DNA of 63,573 bases, counting the filler, from Actinomycetota bacterium (GTDB taxonomy: Bacteria > Actinomycetota > CADDZG01 > JAHWKV01 > JAOPZY01): assembly GCA_025963875.1 (NCBI GenBank). It is 5 parts of 5 records of this genome, joined end to end, with 100 filler letters (N's around TTAATTAATTAA, not from the genome) between each part and the next. Parts side by side here need not be neighbours in the genome. Positions count along the whole stretch, not along the records: positions 53,644 to 63,573 come from JAOPZY010000270.1; 4 more parts are not named here. One strand, 5' to 3'. Each line of letters opens with the position of its first letter. Positions within the stretch are counted from its first letter, which is position 1. Under the pieces are notes generated by a model. The model searched no databases and was not told where the DNA came from. It saw only the letters and a program-made list of their open reading frames with translations. The translations under genes and the position numbers were made by a program. Below, in pieces: positions 60,079 through 63,573 of this stretch.

Positions 60079-61520
60079 GCGGACAGGCTTCCCCCGGTGA
60101 GGCTCCCCACCGCCAGCGGCAGTGAGAAGCGGAAGGTCGCGCCACCGCCCACTGTCTCGTCCACCCAGATCGCGCCGCTCATAAGGGCGAGGAACCCCTT
60201 GCAGATCGCCAGCCCAAGGCCCGTGCCGACGTGCGAGTTGCGTCGGTCGACTTGGTAGAAGGCGACGAAGAGGTCCCTGCGGAGCTCCGGGGCTACCCCC
60301 CTGCCGTGGTCGATGACGGCAACGACCACCGTTGCGTCGTCGGGATCGCGGTGCGCCTCGACCTCGATGCCACGGGTGCCGGACTCGGTGGCCGCCTTGG
60401 CCGCGTTCTCCAGGAGGTTGGCGACGACCCGGTCAAGGAACAGCGGGTCCGCACGCACCCCAGCGGCGTCGTCGTCGACGTTCAGCGAGATTGACAAGCC
60501 GGGCCACCGCCGCAACGCCCGGTCGACGCACTCGGACAGCACCTCGCCGAGGTCGACACCCTGCACCCTGGCCCGCAGGATGCCCCCCTCGATGCGCGAC
60601 ATGTCCAGCAGGTTGGCGATCATCGACGCCAGCCGGTCGGTCTCATCGTTGACGCTCTCCAGGGCCTCCCGCAGGTCGTCCGGGCTGTGCTCGGCGTCCT
60701 CGCCAAGCAGGTCGGTCACCGACGCCTTGATGGCCGCCAGCGGGCTGCGCAGGTCGTGGGAGACTGCCGCCAGCAGCGACCGCCGCAGATGGTCCGTCTC
60801 CCGGTACACCTGGGCCTCCATGGCCGCCTTCGAGAGCCGGTCCCGCTCGGCCACCACGGCGAGCTGGTCCGAAAAGGCCCGGAGCACCCGGCCCTCCGCA
60901 TCGCTCAACGGAGGCCGTTCCCCGCGAAGGGTCAACCGGCCGAGTGAGCGACCCCCCACTGACAGTGCCATCTCCATACCGGGGTCCCCGAGAGGGCCCG
61001 AGGCCTCGTCCAGCGCAAGGGTCACTGACGAGAAGCCAAACAGAGCGCCCACCCGGGCCAGGACGGCGTCGTAGCTCCCGTCACCTGCCCCCAGGGCAAC
61101 CAGCAGGGCGCTCAGCTCCTGCAGCCCGGCGAGCCCGGCCTCCCGGGCCTCGGCCGCCTCGGCCCGTTCGCTGGCCCGGGCCAGCGCCGCAGAGATCAGG
61201 ATCGAAAGCCCGAGGAACACGAACAGCACCACGATGTCCTCGCCGCTGCCGATGATGAAGCTGTTGTAGGGCGGGAGGAAGAAGAAGTTGAACGTGAGGA
61301 AACTGAGCAGCGACGCAAGAATGCCCGGCCCCAGGCCCCCGATGGCCGCCGCAGCCACCACGATGACGAGGTAGCCGAACCCCTTGCTGAGGGGGGCGAG
61401 GCCGTTGCGGAACGGCAGGAGGGCGGCCGTCAGCGCCGCGGTGCCCACCGTGGCAACCAGGTAACCGGCGAGGCGCCGGCGTGGCCGTCGGATGGTCAAC
61501 CGCGCAAGCCGCGGCGGCAT
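60075..61520 (-). CDS. KdpD-like sensor kinase (4-TM DUF4118-like domain, HisKA, HATPase)
   Basis: FNFFFLPPY, SHDLRSPLAAI, NLLENAAK, GTGLGLAICK; start uncertain (61520-61631). Confidence 0.88.
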   Translation of the reverse strand: MPPRLARLTIRRPRRRLAGYLVATVGTAALTAALLPFRNGLAPLSKGFGYLVIVVAAAAIGGLGPGILASLLSFLTFNFFFLPPYNSFIIGSGEDIVVLFVFLGLSILISAALARASERAEAAEAREAGLAGLQELSALLVALGAGDGSYDAVLARVGALFGFSSVTLALDEASGPLGDPGMEMALSVGGRSLGRLTLRGERPPLSDAEGRVLRAFSDQLAVVAERDRLSKAAMEAQVYRETDHLRRSLLAAVSHDLRSPLAAIKASVTDLLGEDAEHSPDDLREALESVNDETDRLASMIANLLDMSRIEGGILRARVQGVDLGEVLSECVDRALRRWPGLSISLNVDDDAAGVRADPLFLDRVVANLLENAAKAATESGTRGIEVEAHRDPDDATVVVAVIDHGRGVAPELRRDLFVAFYQVDRRNSHVGTGLGLAICKGFLALMSGAIWVDETVGGGATFRFSLPLAVGSLTGGSLSA

Positions 61521-61700
61521 CCTGCCGCGGGTCCCCGTGATCGTTCCGGCGACGAAGGCCATCTCGCGATCAAGTCTGGCACGTCGCCGGCCAATACCAA
61601 CGCGTCCCGTAGCCCCAAGAACGCTTTCCATACGAAATCCATAGGCAGGCCCCCTAGCCTTGAGGAGCAGACATAACGTGGCGACCGAAAGGGGCTCGCA

Positions 61701-62039
61701 ATGGCGTCGTCGGAAGGCATGGATATCGTGCGCACACCGGCTCGCACGGTCGTGATCATCGGAGTGGACCCGTGCGTTGACATCCGGGCGATTGCTGGCG
61801 CCGTGGCCAGCCAACGCGGCGAGCTGCTCGTCCTGGCCACCGGCTGGCCCCTTACGGCCGTGCAGCAACGCGTGATGCACGACGCGTCGGACGCTGCCGC
61901 GGATCTGCGCCTCCCGTTCGAAGCACGTCTGGTCTACAGCGAGGCCGAGGTCGAGGACCATCTGCTGCCGGACGACACCGTGGTCATGCCGGGCCGGGTC
62001 GAGAACGCCGTCCCGCGGCCGGTGCCAAGCTTCGCGTAG
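61701..62039 (+). CDS. Hypothetical protein
   Basis: 112-aa ORF with GC-rich third positions, divergent from the kinase. Confidence 0.5.
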   Translation: MASSEGMDIVRTPARTVVIIGVDPCVDIRAIAGAVASQRGELLVLATGWPLTAVQQRVMHDASDAAADLRLPFEARLVYSEAEVEDHLLPDDTVVMPGRVENAVPRPVPSFA

Positions 62040-62133
62040 GCCGGCAGCGTCGCTCACCACCTTCGGCATCGGCACGCGCCTTGCAATGAGCCACGTGACC
62101 CTGGGCGTCCGTCGAGCAGGGGCATAGGAGCCG

Positions 62134-62300
62134 GTGCCGAGCCACCACCCCGGCGATCGAATCGACGACTATGAGGTCAAGGACCTGCTTGGTGCCGGTG
62201 GCTGGGCGGAGGTCTTCCGGGCAATCGACACCAGAACCGGGGAGACCGTGGTTCTTAAGTGCCCGAACTCACAGCTCTTCGCCGACCCCGCTGCGTTTTC
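62134..62300 (+). pseudogene. Ser/Thr protein kinase N-lobe fragment
   Basis: YEVKDLLGAGGWAEVFRA...VVLK with no HRD/DFG motifs after it; AGGAG RBS. Confidence 0.75.
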
Positions 62301-62412
62301 CAGTTCTGCGTGGGTGGCAGCGTCGAGCGGGCGATGGGGGCACTCATCACTCACGGTGATCAGCAGGGAGGCGAGGCCACCCACTACTGGCAACTTGGCT
62401 GGCGATGCGGAG

Positions 62413-62461
62413 CTTCTTTGTGTGAATAGCTATGATAATGATAGTTAATTACACAAAGAAG
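62413..62461. repeat. AT-rich palindromic element, copy 2
   Basis: CTTCTTTGTGTG...TACACAAAGAAG, 49 bp. Confidence 0.8.
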
Positions 62462-62629
62462 ATTGCTATGAGGCTACATACCTTCGTGTCGGAGGATCAA
62501 TCGCCTTCGACGCCCCGGCTTGGCGTCGAGTTTGACCACGATGAGTGAGCAGGTGATGCACCCAGCGGAACGGTCAGGGCCGGGTCTGAGCCAGCCGAGC
62601 CCAGAGATCCGTCTCTTCGTGTTGGTTGG

Positions 62630-62690
62630 TGCGGCCCGAGTACAAAGCCGTTCTGCGACGGGACCCACGAGAAGGCGAACTTCGCTGCGG
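62630..62690 (+). pseudogene. CDGSH iron-sulfur domain relic
   Basis: Frame reads WCGPSTKPFCDGTHEKANFAA; first Cys of the motif and an in-frame start are missing. Confidence 0.55.
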
Positions 62691-62791
62691 TGAACAAAGC
62701 TCATGTCCGATTTCGCTGTGGATCCCCCTCCCAGGTCTGGCGACCTGGGCCGCCAACCCCAGCCCGCGAACCCCGACTAGAATCGGTGCCG

Positions 62792-63573
62792 GTGAGCGAT
62801 CAGGCAACGGACGAGAGCCGGCAGATCTGGGACTCGCTCGCGTCCGGCTGGGACAAGGAACGGGCGTTCATCAACGAAATCGAAGGGCACGTCACCGGGC
62901 GGATGCACGAGGCCATGGGCGTAGTACCCGGCGACACCATCCTCGAGCTGTGTGCCGGCCCGGGCGAGGTCGGTCTCCGACTTGCCGAGCAGCATCCCGA
63001 GGTGCAGGTGCTCCTCACCGACTTTGCACCGGGCATGGTGCACGCGGCTGCCAACGAGGCCAACAGGCGCGGATTGACGAACGCGGAGTGCCGACCGATG
63101 GATGCACAGGACATCGATCTGCCCGATGGATCGGTGGACGGCGTGCTCTGCCGGTACGGACTCATGCTCGTCCCGGACATCGCGAAGGCGTTCTCCGAGG
63201 TCCGGCGCGTGCTGCGGCCCGGACGCGTCCTCGCGTACACGACGTGGACGCCACCCGAGACCAATCCGTGGATGATGATCTTCGGCGCAGCGATGATCCA
63301 GCGCGGCCACTTCGTGCCGCCCGATGAGGGTGGCATCATGCCCCTCGGGAATGTGGATGAGAACAGTGCCGTGGCGCGGGCCGCAGGTTTCGAGAGCGTG
63401 CACGCCGAGACCATCGACCTCCCGGTTCACTATCCGAGCTTCCAGCGGTACTGGGAGCTGAACACCGAGATCGCCGGTCCGCTCGCGGTGATCATGAAGA
63501 CGCTGCCCGAAAACGAGCGAGAGGCGGTGCGCTCCCAGGTCGAGGAGTACGCGGCTGCCTTCCGGACGGGCGA
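62792..63573 (+). CDS. Class I SAM-dependent methyltransferase (runs off the window)
   Basis: Manual read: ILELCAGPGE, TDFAPGM, MDAQDIDLPDGSVDGVLCRYGLM, RVLRPG. Confidence 0.9.
   Translation, partial: MSDQATDESRQIWDSLASGWDKERAFINEIEGHVTGRMHEAMGVVPGDTILELCAGPGEVGLRLAEQHPEVQVLLTDFAPGMVHAAANEANRRGLTNAECRPMDAQDIDLPDGSVDGVLCRYGLMLVPDIAKAFSEVRRVLRPGRVLAYTTWTPPETNPWMMIFGAAMIQRGHFVPPDEGGIMPLGNVDENSAVARAAGFESVHAETIDLPVHYPSFQRYWELNTEIAGPLAVIMKTLPENEREAVRSQVEEYAAAFRTG

Noticed and set aside
62420..62455. Xer dif site within the AT-rich palindrome
   Set aside because: Lacks the TTATGTYAA XerD arm and the 11-6-11 layout.

Overview
High-GC sequence, inferred to be an Actinomycetota MAG (Streptomyces-type PHO boxes, a PafBC-type promoter, DUF6458 and FGLLP proteins). 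It comprises five contigs joined by artificial 100-bp N/TTAATTAATTAA spacers, so adjacency across a spacer means nothing. Contig 1: AidB-like acyl-CoA dehydrogenase and a two-component system divergent from an ApbE / ferric-reductase-like / NuoF-like operon. Contig 2: MarR-oxidoreductase unit, alpha-dioxygenase-like heme peroxidase, AmgK-like kinase, NarL-type two-component pair, LRR protein, two tandem LuxR-AAA (LAL) regulators, a polyphosphate cluster (ppk1, CYTH-CHAD, ppx, SixA, Nudix) and hydantoinase/oxoprolinase genes. Contig 3: CAP protein, FGLLP membrane protein, poxB, flavin amine oxidase, TetR-SDR and a DUF1842-like gene. Contig 4: flagellar cluster flgB to fliM, lacking fliF-fliG-fliH at their usual place. 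Contig 5: DUF899, a solo TnpB, YtrA-ABC, KdpDE-like pair, gene relics and a methyltransferase. Strongest leads: (1) a solo TnpB whose promoter combines an exact PafBC/RecA-NDp motif with a LexA box over its start codon, suggesting DNA-damage-inducible RNA-guided nuclease expression; (2) a GGA-rich, terminator-bounded RNA behind two sigma28-like promoters upstream of flgB, plus GGA hairpins over several flagellar ribosome-binding sites, suggesting a CsrA circuit with a possible sRNA sponge; (3) a 49-bp covarying AT-rich palindrome on two contigs; (4) a duplicated promoter/leader in front of unrelated genes. All calls come from reading the sequence by eye; no searches or folding programs were run.
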